Part shown: one piece after another, positions 19,048 to 29,122 of the stretch | How positions within the stretch are numbered: position 1 is the first letter of the stretch | Layout of the letters: every line of letters starts with the position of its first letter | Source of the DNA: a virus | Taxonomy: Duplodnaviria; Caudoviricetes | Reading direction: 5' to 3' (one strand) | Virus record (IMG/VR): IMGVR_UViG_3300044852_000015 | Coordinates: 96,001 to 160,000 of that record | DNA length: 64,000 bases | Made by a program: the position numbers and the translations under genes | Notes under the pieces: model-generated | What the model was told of the DNA's origin: nothing | Seen by the model: only the letters and a program-made list of their open reading frames with translations | Databases searched by the model: none

Positions 19048-20169
19048 ATGGCTAAAACTATCAAAGACGTGTTAAGCGTCATTCAAAAATCAGGTGGGTT
19101 CGGCGCACTGGACCAAGCTGCAATCAACAACATGAAGGGCATCAACCACCGAGGTTACGGAAGTCCGTTACCGGGCAACAAAGATAACTACGGCCTGACG
19201 TTCTTTACACGCCCTAACCTGAACTTGTCATACGATAATATCGCAAGCCGCCGTATTCTCACGCCGTTGCTCGACGGTGATGGCTTAGCCTCCAACACTT
19301 ATCAGCGAGCAATTCGCATGACACTTGATCCGTATCTCGGAGACCCGGCGATGTACAAAACCGGCGACCCCAATCGGGCACTCAAGATGTTGACGACTGA
19401 CCTGATTGATCAGAAGAATGCGTTCATCCCACTGTTGACGAACAACCTACTTTCGATCAGTGGTTGGCCAGACTTGCAGGTTGAAACATTCACCTCCACT
19501 CCGGGCAACTACCAAGAGTCATGGAGCATGGTTGACAGTGCTTCACGCTTCTTCGAGACGTATGAACTTCAAGCCAACTTCAGAAACATTGAAGGTGACC
19601 CGATCTCTGCGATGTTCTCTACTTGGTTACACTATATGTCAGGGGTTTACGAGGGATCTATGGTTCCTTACCCAAACAATCTGGCTGAGCGTCGCATTGA
19701 TTACCAGACCCGGATCTACCGGCTCGTACTCGATCCATCCCGACGTTACGTTCAAAAGATTGCGGCGTGTGGTGCAGCCTTCCCCGTGAACTCACCGTTG
19801 GGTAACTCGTTCAACTATTCGATGGAAGGACTCCCGTACAACGGCGACAATGATCAGATCTCGATTCGCTTTAAAGCGATGGGTGCCGACTACTTGGACC
19901 CGATCACCATTCAAGAGTTCAATGCTGTGGTTCAGATCTTCAACCCCCAGATGAAAGGGGATGACTCTGACCGTCGTCGTTCGTATCGCAAGGCCGAGTA
20001 TGAAGAACTCAAAGCCTACAACTATCAAGGCTACCCACGCATCGACCCTGAGTCACACGAACTCGAGTGGTGGATTGATAAAGGCCAAAGCGATAAGACG
20101 GCTGCCGGAGTGAAGAGCGCTATCTCGGGCATCGACTATTCACAAATGACCAATTTACTGAAAGGTTAA
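19048..20169 (+). CDS. Virion structural protein (phiKZ gp88-like; tail tube/baseplate-type)
   Basis: GLTFFTRPNLNLS motif; divergent from gp89-like gene; synteny. Confidence 0.55.
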   Translation: MAKTIKDVLSVIQKSGGFGALDQAAINNMKGINHRGYGSPLPGNKDNYGLTFFTRPNLNLSYDNIASRRILTPLLDGDGLASNTYQRAIRMTLDPYLGDPAMYKTGDPNRALKMLTTDLIDQKNAFIPLLTNNLLSISGWPDLQVETFTSTPGNYQESWSMVDSASRFFETYELQANFRNIEGDPISAMFSTWLHYMSGVYEGSMVPYPNNLAERRIDYQTRIYRLVLDPSRRYVQKIAACGAAFPVNSPLGNSFNYSMEGLPYNGDNDQISIRFKAMGADYLDPITIQEFNAVVQIFNPQMKGDDSDRRRSYRKAEYEELKAYNYQGYPRIDPESHELEWWIDKGQSDKTAAGVKSAISGIDYSQMTNLLKG

Positions 20170-20172
20170 CCA

Positions 20173-23088
20173 ATGGCCACCTCAGTTTCAGACTTGATGG
20201 CGCAGATTGACGCCGTCCGCTTCAACCCTTCGGCTATTCATCAGCTCTCGCTGAAGTTGCTGGAGGAAGTCCGTAATGGAGAACGTGTGGTTGTTGACCC
20301 GACTAACCCGTTCATGTTCCTACTCGAAACCAGTGCTGTGAACGTGGCGGCTGCGATGGCTGCTAACGAAGCCAACACCCGGAAACAATACGGTGTGATG
20401 GCGCTGACTGAAGACGAGATCTATCACCACATGTCCGATAAGGACTACCTCGATCGGTTTGCTAAACCGTCTCGTACCACTATTACGATTCTGGTGAGTC
20501 GTGAAGAGATTATGGCCCGTGCTGTAGCGACTGGTCAGGGTGGGATGCGTAAGCTGGTGATCCCTCGACACAGTGAGTTTACTGTAGCGGGTTATCAGTT
20601 CACGATGCAGTACCCGATTGAAATGCGGGTGATGGCCAACGGTGGCTTGCAGATCATCCATGACGTCTCGCGTCAGTCTCCTTTAATGAGCCTGTCGTCT
20701 AACGTGGTGGATTACTCGTTGGCGAACATCGACGGTGTGATCTACCTGATGATTAAGGCTCCGGTCTTGCAGATGAAGATCGACGTCAAGTACCCGAAGA
20801 TGACTTCGGCTGCGGTGTTCGACACTCGATACGACTTCAACAACAAGTATCACTTTGCACGGGTTTACCAAGCGAGTGCTACCGGTGAATGGGTGGAGAT
20901 GCGTACCACTCACTCGGACCAAGTCTTCGACCCTCTCACACCCACTGCGGTGCTGCGTGTGTACGATGGCAAGCTACGGGTGAGCATTCCGCTGATCTAC
21001 CAGTCAGCAGGCTTGGTGGACTCTGAGCTGCGTGTGGAGATCTATTCCACCGTGGGACCACTGAACCTGATCCTGAACAACTACGAACCCGGTGCGTATA
21101 CCGCCCGTTGGGTGGACTACGATGCTGACGATGCAGGTATCTATTCGTCTCCTCTGGCGCAGTTGAATGCGATCTCTGTGTTCTCTGACTCCGTCGTAGC
21201 CGGTGGTGAAGACGCTCTGTCCTTTGACGCTCTGCGGGAACGAGTCCTGATGAACAGCTTGGGGGCTCAACAGCTTCCAATCACCAATGCTCAAGCGACG
21301 TCGAAGTTGGCGAACTTGGGTTACAACCTGACTGTCAACTTGGACACCGTGACTAACCGTCAGTTCTTGGCGACACGCATCCTCCCACCGCCGACTGACA
21401 AGTCTGTGATCTCGGGTGTGGCCTCAACGGTTGCTACTTATCAGGCCTCGTTTGACAGCCTCAAGCAGCACCCTGACATCCGCGACAACGGACAGCGCCT
21501 GACGATCACCCCTAAGGTACTCTTCGAGGGTAACAACGGCTTATACAGCGTCGTACCGAAGCCTACGGTCGATTCGTTGCTAGCGCTGCGTGGTAGTGAT
21601 GCATTTATCTCCACGGTTGAAGAATCGAAGTATCTGGCGTCGCCGTTCTACTACGTGTGGGACATCTCGGACGACTTGTTCGATTGTCGGATGTATCACC
21701 TCGACTCTCCAGAGATCGACTCCAAAGTGTTTGTTCAAGAGAACGACACGACGGGTTTGGTGGTAGCAACGGCGATGCAGGGGTTGGAGAAAACTGATGC
21801 CGGCTACCGTCTGGTGATCAAGACCAAGTCCAGCGTCGAATGGAAAGCTCTGCGGGATGATCAAGTCTTCGTACAGTTGGCCTTCCAAGCACACGGTGAG
21901 AGCACTCGAGCGTATCTGAACGGTACGTTGATCGGTCGTGACGTAGACACTCAGGAACGGATCTATGAGTTCTTGATCCACACCAACTACGACGTTAGCT
22001 CGACTGACGGTCTGACCATCACCAACTTCAACATCTTCGGTATCGACCAGAACTGTCCGATTGATCTGGGGGCTACCTTCGATTTGATCTACTGCGTGAC
22101 GGACTACTACTACTTGGACATGAAGAGTTCGGACATCGACAACATTGCAGGTTCTGCGCTGTTGCCCGATGGTTACGTGGGCCTGATTCATGAGCAGTTG
22201 AACATTCATTTGGGACACACACTGTCGACCTTCTGGATGAACAACCGTTCCGTAGTGGGGACTGCCGACTATCTGGTTCACCCGGTGGACGTTTACGCTA
22301 CCTACGAACAGAACGTCTACGAACGCGATCCAATCACCAACACCATTAAGGTGACGATGGTTGATGGCGCTGCGGTCTTCAACATCCTACATAACGCCGG
22401 GGACTTCATTCTGGACGTGAATGGGGAGAAGACCTACAAGCACCGCAGTGGTGAAGTTGTGTTGGATAACAACGGCAAACCTGTGATTGCAAACCCTCGT
22501 GGGATGCTGCGGCAAACTGATCTGTTCTTGATGGACGGGCTGTACTACTTTGCTACTGATCCAACGGCGAAGGCTTACGCGGCTTCGGTACCGAACACGA
22601 TCGTGGATTGGATGGAGAAAGACATTACTCCGATCGCTGAAGGTCTGCTCGAACAGTCTGAGTTGTTCTTCCACCCACAGATCACTTCCGGTAACACGGA
22701 TGCCTTGGTGTTGGAAGGGTTCGAGATCGAGATTGAAACTGAACAAGCCCTGACTGTGAAGTACTACATGACGGATGCTGGTTACAAGAACGCTGAACTG
22801 CGCACCAGCCTGACTAAGACTGCTATCGAAGTGATCAACAATTCCTTCGGGTCCAGTTCGGTCGTGGTTAAAGACATGGCGAGTAAGATCCAGTCTGCGG
22901 CTGGTGATGATGTTATCACCGTGGCGGTACAGGGTCTGGGTGGTGGTGTTCCGGGTTACGACATTGTTACCCTCACGAATCAATCTGCTCGACTGGGTAT
23001 CAAGAAGAAACTCTTGAATCTGGCGGACGGATCGTACACTGTGGTGGATGACGTTGAAGTACTGTTCCTGAAGCACCGCGAAAGCTGA
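20173..23088 (+). CDS. Large virion structural protein, probable baseplate wedge (phiKZ gp87-like)
   Basis: 971 aa; GGEDALSFDALRERV resembles the baseplate J/gp6 GGxDxE motif. Confidence 0.6.
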   Translation: MATSVSDLMAQIDAVRFNPSAIHQLSLKLLEEVRNGERVVVDPTNPFMFLLETSAVNVAAAMAANEANTRKQYGVMALTEDEIYHHMSDKDYLDRFAKPSRTTITILVSREEIMARAVATGQGGMRKLVIPRHSEFTVAGYQFTMQYPIEMRVMANGGLQIIHDVSRQSPLMSLSSNVVDYSLANIDGVIYLMIKAPVLQMKIDVKYPKMTSAAVFDTRYDFNNKYHFARVYQASATGEWVEMRTTHSDQVFDPLTPTAVLRVYDGKLRVSIPLIYQSAGLVDSELRVEIYSTVGPLNLILNNYEPGAYTARWVDYDADDAGIYSSPLAQLNAISVFSDSVVAGGEDALSFDALRERVLMNSLGAQQLPITNAQATSKLANLGYNLTVNLDTVTNRQFLATRILPPPTDKSVISGVASTVATYQASFDSLKQHPDIRDNGQRLTITPKVLFEGNNGLYSVVPKPTVDSLLALRGSDAFISTVEESKYLASPFYYVWDISDDLFDCRMYHLDSPEIDSKVFVQENDTTGLVVATAMQGLEKTDAGYRLVIKTKSSVEWKALRDDQVFVQLAFQAHGESTRAYLNGTLIGRDVDTQERIYEFLIHTNYDVSSTDGLTITNFNIFGIDQNCPIDLGATFDLIYCVTDYYYLDMKSSDIDNIAGSALLPDGYVGLIHEQLNIHLGHTLSTFWMNNRSVVGTADYLVHPVDVYATYEQNVYERDPITNTIKVTMVDGAAVFNILHNAGDFILDVNGEKTYKHRSGEVVLDNNGKPVIANPRGMLRQTDLFLMDGLYYFATDPTAKAYAASVPNTIVDWMEKDITPIAEGLLEQSELFFHPQITSGNTDALVLEGFEIEIETEQALTVKYYMTDAGYKNAELRTSLTKTAIEVINNSFGSSSVVVKDMASKIQSAAGDDVITVAVQGLGGGVPGYDIVTLTNQSARLGIKKKLLNLADGSYTVVDDVEVLFLKHRES

Positions 23089-23130
23089 CGGCATAGAGAG
23101 GCTCCCGCAAAGGAGCCTCTCTTTATGCCC
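23089..23130. terminator. Bidirectional terminator with GGCATA/TATGCC flanks
   Basis: GGCATAGAGAGGCTCC-CGCAAA-GGAGCCTCTCTTTATGCC. Confidence 0.8.
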
Positions 23131-24351
23131 TTACTTCTTGTTCAGCTCACGCAGTTTGTTCTTGGCGTCAGAGTCGCTAGAACTTACAATCGTTGCAACC
23201 ATCGCCGAATTGGTAGTGCCTGCTGCACGGTTAGCCATTTCAACGATCTTGTTACGCTGAGCAATGATGCGACCAGTCAGACCGTAGAACATCCGCACGA
23301 CGTCCATCATTCGACGCATGGAAGTGATGCACTGGCGCAGAGCGCGGTCTACATCCACACCCACGTTCTTGTTGAAGGTCATCCCGTCCAGACGCTTGAT
23401 TTCCTTTTCCAGCGAAGTCAGACTCGACTCTGGTTTAAGCTTGCCCAGCGGACAGGATTCAACCTTGAAGGCTGCGATGTCTTTAACGGTTTTATCCCCG
23501 TTGAAGCCCGCGTGTGCCGCCTGACCCAACTGACTGGTGATGTGATCGTTGATCTCACGCATGTCGGCTTGGTAGTTCACTGGCGACGAAGTCACCCGAA
23601 GGATCGGAATGAACAGACTACGGATCGCAGGATCGTCATCATGGATTTCGATACTGTTGAGGGTCGTCATGACGCGAGCAGCAGCCATGTGGTCGCCACT
23701 GTTGTCCTTACGACCTTCTTTCTCGATCAGGCCAGCCATCAAGTGCATCTTTTTGATGATGTCCGCGAAGGTCTTTTCTGCACCACCGAGGGTACGAGTG
23801 ATCGCACCGCCAGACATGACGTCACGCAGAATTGGATTCCACATGCCAGCCATTTCAGTGTAGATCGGTTCAACGCGCTCAGACTTACGGTGAGCGAAGT
23901 CTGATTTCATTTCTGAAGTCATCAGGCGCTCGATCTGTTCGTTCTTGCGAACCGTCTCTGACAGAGTAGCACCAGCCTTGATAGCCGAGTCAGTTGCTTT
24001 GTCCCCACCTTTAAAGAGGGAGATCAGCCAAGCGATGATCTTGGCGAACAGTGCCGATGCAGCCAACACCGCAGCACCAATCAGAGCGATAGCGCCAACC
24101 TTCAGCGACTCCATAGCGATCTGGTAATTGGTGTGCGTTGGGTTCTTGGTGAACGAGTTGAACTTCACGTCAGTCGGCAGCAAGTGCATGGCTGGGCGAA
24201 TCATCTTCTGCGAAACACCTTGAGCTGTCTGCATGTCGTTGATAACCATCTCGATGTCGAGAGCTACCGACTCCAACGAGGCAAGCTGCTCTTCTTCATC
24301 AAGCGTGTCTGGGGCCTCGGGGAAGCCCTTAGAAGTATCTCCGAATGTCAT
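23131..24351 (-). CDS. Virion head/ejection protein (phiKZ gp86-like)
   Basis: ASLES and IAMES protease sites followed by a hydrophobic helix; start likely MTFGD (24351) after GGAG. Confidence 0.55.
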   Translation of the reverse strand: MTFGDTSKGFPEAPDTLDEEEQLASLESVALDIEMVINDMQTAQGVSQKMIRPAMHLLPTDVKFNSFTKNPTHTNYQIAMESLKVGAIALIGAAVLAASALFAKIIAWLISLFKGGDKATDSAIKAGATLSETVRKNEQIERLMTSEMKSDFAHRKSERVEPIYTEMAGMWNPILRDVMSGGAITRTLGGAEKTFADIIKKMHLMAGLIEKEGRKDNSGDHMAAARVMTTLNSIEIHDDDPAIRSLFIPILRVTSSPVNYQADMREINDHITSQLGQAAHAGFNGDKTVKDIAAFKVESCPLGKLKPESSLTSLEKEIKRLDGMTFNKNVGVDVDRALRQCITSMRRMMDVVRMFYGLTGRIIAQRNKIVEMANRAAGTTNSAMVATIVSSSDSDAKNKLRELNKK

Positions 24352-24362
24352 GGCGAACTCCA

Positions 24363-24809
24363 TTAGAACACGCTGTTGGCTTTAAAAGCATCCACCAGGT
24401 CTTGGTTTTCGTACACGATCCGGTACTGCTGACCGAGTTGGCAGGAAACTGGGTCAGTGATCTCGCCACACAGGACGAGGTTCTTCAGCAGACTGGAGAC
24501 CGCTGGATGAGTCGGTTCGTGTACCAGACGGTAACGAGCGATCCACAGTTTGAAGACCAACTCTTCGACCACGTCCATTTCGATAACGTGTTCTTCGTTG
24601 ATGGTGTTCAGTGCAGTACCGATGTTGGCACGCAGGGTGTTACGGTACCAGCCCTCTGGGGAGTCCAGGCGGCTAGTAGGCAACGGCAACTGAGTAGCCA
24701 GAGCGTCAGCTACCATCAGGCTGGTAACTTTGCTACGGTCAGCAAACTGCACCTTACCCCAGTCCAGTTGTTGCTGGATGACGGTAGCGATGGGTTTAAT
24801 GTCAAGCAT
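24363..24809 (-). CDS. Virion-associated protein (phiKZ gp85-like)
   Basis: Synteny, 148 aa. Confidence 0.4.
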   Translation of the reverse strand: MLDIKPIATVIQQQLDWGKVQFADRSKVTSLMVADALATQLPLPTSRLDSPEGWYRNTLRANIGTALNTINEEHVIEMDVVEELVFKLWIARYRLVHEPTHPAVSSLLKNLVLCGEITDPVSCQLGQQYRIVYENQDLVDAFKANSVF

Positions 24810-24821
24810 GGGTGGCCCCTA

Positions 24822-26087
24822 TTAAAATTTGAGGTTGGTGAGTTTTTCAGCGGTCACGAACAGTTGGTTGTTCACCATCTTCTCGAGTTCGACTTGGAAC
24901 TGAAGTTGTTGGTACTGACGACGACCACCAGGCAGGACGGAAGTGTAGAACATTTCCATCAGAGTCCGCTTGTCGTCAATGTTCTTGAGCAGCGCGTCGA
25001 TCGCTTCGATGTCGTCGATCCAGGCCTTACGTTGCTGGGCCGGCACAGACTGATCTTTGAGACCCGCTACCAGCTCACGCTTCATACGAGCCAAACGAGC
25101 ACCCGGTTCATCGTAGAGCTTCATGGCAGGGTTGATCAGCAACACGAGGAAGATCAACCCGAAGGTTGGCAGGATCAGTGCGAAGAACAACAGGACACGA
25201 ATCAGCGTTGCGAACAGGTGAACCGCTGTCGATTGATACGAAGGACCACCACCATAGTGGCGATGGATGCGATCCAGACCCGTGGCGAGGTGACGACCAG
25301 CGCCTTGACGGATGGCGTATTGATCCGCCAGCGCTTCAGTAGCCGTGATGTCGTACACAGCCGAACCCGTCGCGGACTTGGCGTTCAGGATAGCCTTACG
25401 CAACACCACAGTTTGGAATACTTCCTTACTGGTGCAACGAACCAGGGCCTCTGGGTCTTCGAGGTCGATCTCCAACGCCTTACACGTTTCATCCACGATC
25501 TGTGTACGTTTGATCAGGTCGTCAGACTTGAAGAACGCTTGAGTGGCTGCGTGCAAAATTACGTTCGTCGTTAAGGTATGACCGAGGAACTCGTAGTACG
25601 TGAACAAGTGACCGATCTCGTGGAGCATGATCGCAGCACGTTCTTCGTCAGACATCAGCTTGGTATCAACCAGCCCTCTGTGGACGAATACTTGGTGTTC
25701 GATCTCCGAGAACACGCCGCCGACTTTACCGTGTTGGAGATCAACCCAACCCTTAATAATGTCGCTACGTTTGGCCTTGATGAATTTCTTCACATCGGTG
25801 TTGTCGATGTGGGGTTTCCACCAGTCGTAGATCAACGGGTTGTTCTTATCCACCATCGGCGGAATAACGTACGCGTTGATGTCGTTGGACTTGTCGAGGT
25901 TGAACTTGATCTTCAAACCAGTGTGCTGTTTGACGATTGCTTCAAACCCAACCCCGGCGACGGCCTTCGGATCGTTGGTGGTCAGGCCTCGCAAACGCGC
26001 GAAGGCAAGTACCAGATCCTTGAAGAACATCTCGTTTTGTACTTGAATGGCCTCTAGGCCAATGGATAGTCGTTTACTGGATAACAT
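24822..26087 (-). CDS. Virion protein with zincin (M48-like) metallopeptidase motif (phiKZ gp83/84-like)
   Basis: AIMLHEIGH, EALADQYA, hydrophobic hairpin LIRVLLFFALILPTFGLIFLVLL, N-terminal IGLEA. Confidence 0.6.
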   Translation of the reverse strand: MLSSKRLSIGLEAIQVQNEMFFKDLVLAFARLRGLTTNDPKAVAGVGFEAIVKQHTGLKIKFNLDKSNDINAYVIPPMVDKNNPLIYDWWKPHIDNTDVKKFIKAKRSDIIKGWVDLQHGKVGGVFSEIEHQVFVHRGLVDTKLMSDEERAAIMLHEIGHLFTYYEFLGHTLTTNVILHAATQAFFKSDDLIKRTQIVDETCKALEIDLEDPEALVRCTSKEVFQTVVLRKAILNAKSATGSAVYDITATEALADQYAIRQGAGRHLATGLDRIHRHYGGGPSYQSTAVHLFATLIRVLLFFALILPTFGLIFLVLLINPAMKLYDEPGARLARMKRELVAGLKDQSVPAQQRKAWIDDIEAIDALLKNIDDKRTLMEMFYTSVLPGGRRQYQQLQFQVELEKMVNNQLFVTAEKLTNLKF

Positions 26088-26172
26088 GTCAGCTCCATGG
26101 GCGGCGGTTGGGCTGTTAAAAAAGATGACTCATAATGATAGTATGGGCTAAACCGGACTAAAGGAAATCACG

Positions 26173-27864
26173 GTGACAGAGCAGAATTACAGCGAAGAAG
26201 ACATTGTTGGCGTTGAGTGCAAACATGCGGTGTATTGCGTCCCTCGAGACCGTGATGACCGTGACGATGCGATCTTCGTTAAAGAGGTTGTACACCTCAA
26301 AGACGGGCGTCAAATCCCACGCACCAAACTCGAGGAGAACTACAAACGTACGTTCTACCTAGAGCGTAACCAGAACTACAGCGAGAAGAAGACTCAGCAG
26401 AAACTCAGTCGTCTGCAACAGTTCTCGTGTACCCAACGTAACCTGATGCCGTCTATCGGTCGTGCATTAGGTCGGGGTAAGATCAACGGTGGTTTACGGA
26501 CAGTTGCTCGTAACCCGTACCTGTACGGTGCGGACATCACGACACCGACTCTACTCAAGCAAGAGTATCGTGACCGGGCGCCGAACTGCATCAGTCCCAA
26601 CAAGGTAGCGGTGTTCGACATCGAGACCGACGTTGTGAACGGTACGGGTGACACACCAATCTGCATGGCGTTGACGTTTAAGGATCGGGTATTCCTCGCG
26701 GCTAGTAAAGAGTGGGTGGGTTCCAATCCGAACTACGTTGAGCAAGTACAGAAGGCGGCTCAGAAGTACATCGGCGACCACATCGAGAAGCGCAACATCA
26801 CGCTCGAGGTTCAGGTCTGTGATACTCCGGGCCAGATGATCGTTGAGACCTTCAAGCGCGCTCACCTGTGGCAACCAGACTTCGTTACCGTCTGGAACAT
26901 CGACTTCGATATTCCAAAGTGTCTGCGTGTGCTGGAGAAAGAAGGTATTGATCCGGCTCAGGTGTTCTCTGATCCCTCCGTACCTGAGAAGTACAAGTTC
27001 TTCAAGTACAAGCAAGGTAACGCTACCAAGACTACCGCAACTGGTCGTGTGGATTCCATTCACCCAGCGGAACGGTGGCACACTGCGGAATGCCCTGCGA
27101 GCTTCTTCCTGATCGACTCCATGTGCGTCTACAAGCGCATTCGGATGGCGAAACAGAACGAGTCCTCGTACAGCCTCGATGCGGTCATGAAGAAGAACCT
27201 GAAGGACTTGGGGAAACTCAAGTTCGCTGAGGCAGATGCTTACACTGGTTTGCAATGGCACATCTTCATGCAAGACAACTACAAGATCGAGTACTCGGTC
27301 TACTGTATCTTTGACTGTGTGGGCGTTGAGCTGTTGGATGAGAAGATCAAAGACTTGCAGTTGGTTATCACCACGCAGTCCAAGGCTTCTGAGTACACCA
27401 TCTACAACTCTCAGCCTCGCCGTCTGGTAGACGACTACTATTTCTTCTGTCGTGACCGTGGCTTCATTGTCGCGTCGTGTTCAGATGAAATGGTACACGA
27501 GTTGGATCAGTACGTCACTGACATGAAAGGTTGGATCGTTACCCTACCTTCTCACCAGTGTGTGGATAACGGGCTGGACATCATTGAAGAGATGCCTAAC
27601 GTGCGGACGTACATTCGTTCTCACGTAGCCGACTTGGACATCGTGTCAACGTATCCCAACGTACAAGTGATCCTGAACATCTCGCGTGAGACCACTCGCC
27701 GTGAGCTGTACAAGATTGCGGGTTGTCCTGAGCGGGTACAACGGATGGCCGGTATCAACATGACTGGCGGACACGTGAACGCTGTGGAAGTGGTGTGCAG
27801 TGTGATGAAGGCTCCGAACTTCGACATGCTGTTGGAAGACTTCATGGCCGAACAAGCGGCATAA
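26173..27864 (+). CDS. Split family-B DNA polymerase, exonuclease plus motif-A subunit (phiKZ gp82-like)
   Basis: ExoI VFDIETD, ExoII WNIDFDI, ExoIII YCIFD, polymerase motif A DLDIVSTYPN; motifs B and C absent. Confidence 0.85.
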   Translation: MTEQNYSEEDIVGVECKHAVYCVPRDRDDRDDAIFVKEVVHLKDGRQIPRTKLEENYKRTFYLERNQNYSEKKTQQKLSRLQQFSCTQRNLMPSIGRALGRGKINGGLRTVARNPYLYGADITTPTLLKQEYRDRAPNCISPNKVAVFDIETDVVNGTGDTPICMALTFKDRVFLAASKEWVGSNPNYVEQVQKAAQKYIGDHIEKRNITLEVQVCDTPGQMIVETFKRAHLWQPDFVTVWNIDFDIPKCLRVLEKEGIDPAQVFSDPSVPEKYKFFKYKQGNATKTTATGRVDSIHPAERWHTAECPASFFLIDSMCVYKRIRMAKQNESSYSLDAVMKKNLKDLGKLKFAEADAYTGLQWHIFMQDNYKIEYSVYCIFDCVGVELLDEKIKDLQLVITTQSKASEYTIYNSQPRRLVDDYYFFCRDRGFIVASCSDEMVHELDQYVTDMKGWIVTLPSHQCVDNGLDIIEEMPNVRTYIRSHVADLDIVSTYPNVQVILNISRETTRRELYKIAGCPERVQRMAGINMTGGHVNAVEVVCSVMKAPNFDMLLEDFMAEQAA

Positions 27865-27896
27865 AAGGCAGGGGTGCAAACCCCTGCTGTATGCTG

Positions 27897-28346
27897 TCAT
27901 CTAGGTGCACGCCACACACCCAACTTCTGCTTACGGATTACTTCTTCTAGACCACGGATGTCATCTTGGTCTTTAGGACGATTCAAGGAACGCTTGAACT
28001 TAAGGATTTCCTCAGGTGACCACATCCCTACGCCGTCGATCACCACCACCGCAATGTTGGGATTACCTCGATTGACATCCACCAATGGGGACATCTCAAT
28101 CATCTCCATGTCTGGATTGTAGTACTGCTTGACCTTGAACTGCTTGGACTTCTTCCACTTGTCGTAAACCTCGGGAGGAACATCCATATCAATGTCAGAG
28201 GTGTGCTTGCGGATACCCAACAGTAGGCACCCGCCCCCGGCCAACACTGGTGCTTCTTCTGGCTTGAGTTTGTACTTGTGGATGAACTTCAGGTACTCCC
28301 AAATAAACTCATCCCTCGATAATACCTTTACCCCATCAACCACCAT
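27897..28346 (-). CDS. Minimal nucleotidyltransferase (pol-beta superfamily)
   Basis: LAGGGCLLLGIRKHTSDIDMDV (GG...RxTxDxD), C-terminal K..LNRPKDQDDI. Confidence 0.7.
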   Translation of the reverse strand: MVVDGVKVLSRDEFIWEYLKFIHKYKLKPEEAPVLAGGGCLLLGIRKHTSDIDMDVPPEVYDKWKKSKQFKVKQYYNPDMEMIEMSPLVDVNRGNPNIAVVVIDGVGMWSPEEILKFKRSLNRPKDQDDIRGLEEVIRKQKLGVWRAPR

Positions 28347-28427
28347 GACCTAACTCCCACAGAGAATCAATCTACGTAGGATATGCAAAAAAAAAAGAAG
28401 GGGTGCGAGCCCCTTCTTTATGCTGTC

Positions 28428-29018
28428 TTACAACTTATCTACCAACTCACGCTGAAGAGCTAACTCGTAGTCGAAAGCTTGTTGATACATTTCAGGGTAA
28501 CGAGCGTAACCATCAGTACCAAACTTCTCCTTCACATGTTCAATGGCACCCTGACGAGCATCCTTCTCACCGTAACCTAGGGCTAGGCGATACTGAATAG
28601 CGCGCTGTAAGATTGTCTCTACATCGGTGGTAGGGAAACCTCGATCGGCAGAACACATCAGTTCAGCAAAGTCACAGCTAAACGGTTCAGTTCCAGAAGC
28701 ACGATGTTCACGGCAACCAGCAGCAACCAGCTCACGCTCACCAGGCTTCAACACACAGATCATCGGTAGATCCGTAGTGAGTATCCATTCAGCAGACATC
28801 TGATGATGATTGTGACGAGACCATGCAAACATGTCGTGGAAGAACGCTACCATCAAAATCAACTTGGGTGAAAACTTCAACCCCAACTTCTTATTGATGT
28901 GGTTAGCACACTTCTCCACTTCCAAGAAATGTTCAATCCGATGGGCAGCATCATTCAGTTCCCAGACTTTGCTGAATTCATAGATGATTTGTTCACGGTA
29001 CGAGTCGACACGATTCAT
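28428..29018 (-). CDS. HD-domain phosphohydrolase
   Basis: AHRIEH, AFFHDM, HH, EHRAS, SADRG. Confidence 0.85.
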   Translation of the reverse strand: MNRVDSYREQIIYEFSKVWELNDAAHRIEHFLEVEKCANHINKKLGLKFSPKLILMVAFFHDMFAWSRHNHHQMSAEWILTTDLPMICVLKPGERELVAAGCREHRASGTEPFSCDFAELMCSADRGFPTTDVETILQRAIQYRLALGYGEKDARQGAIEHVKEKFGTDGYARYPEMYQQAFDYELALQRELVDKL

Positions 29019-29040
29019 AAAGACCTTCTTAGGTTAGTTG

Positions 29041-29078
29041 ATTCACTCGAGTAATATGTACTTGAGTTTGGTTTAAAT
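29041..29078 (-). promoter_or_regulatory. Early promoter
   Basis: TTTAAACCAAACTCAAGTACATATTAC-TCGA-GTGAAT. Confidence 0.75.
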
Positions 29079-29122
29079 GTGGCATAAAAAAGAAGGGGCG
29101 TGAACCCCTTCTCTATGTCGTG

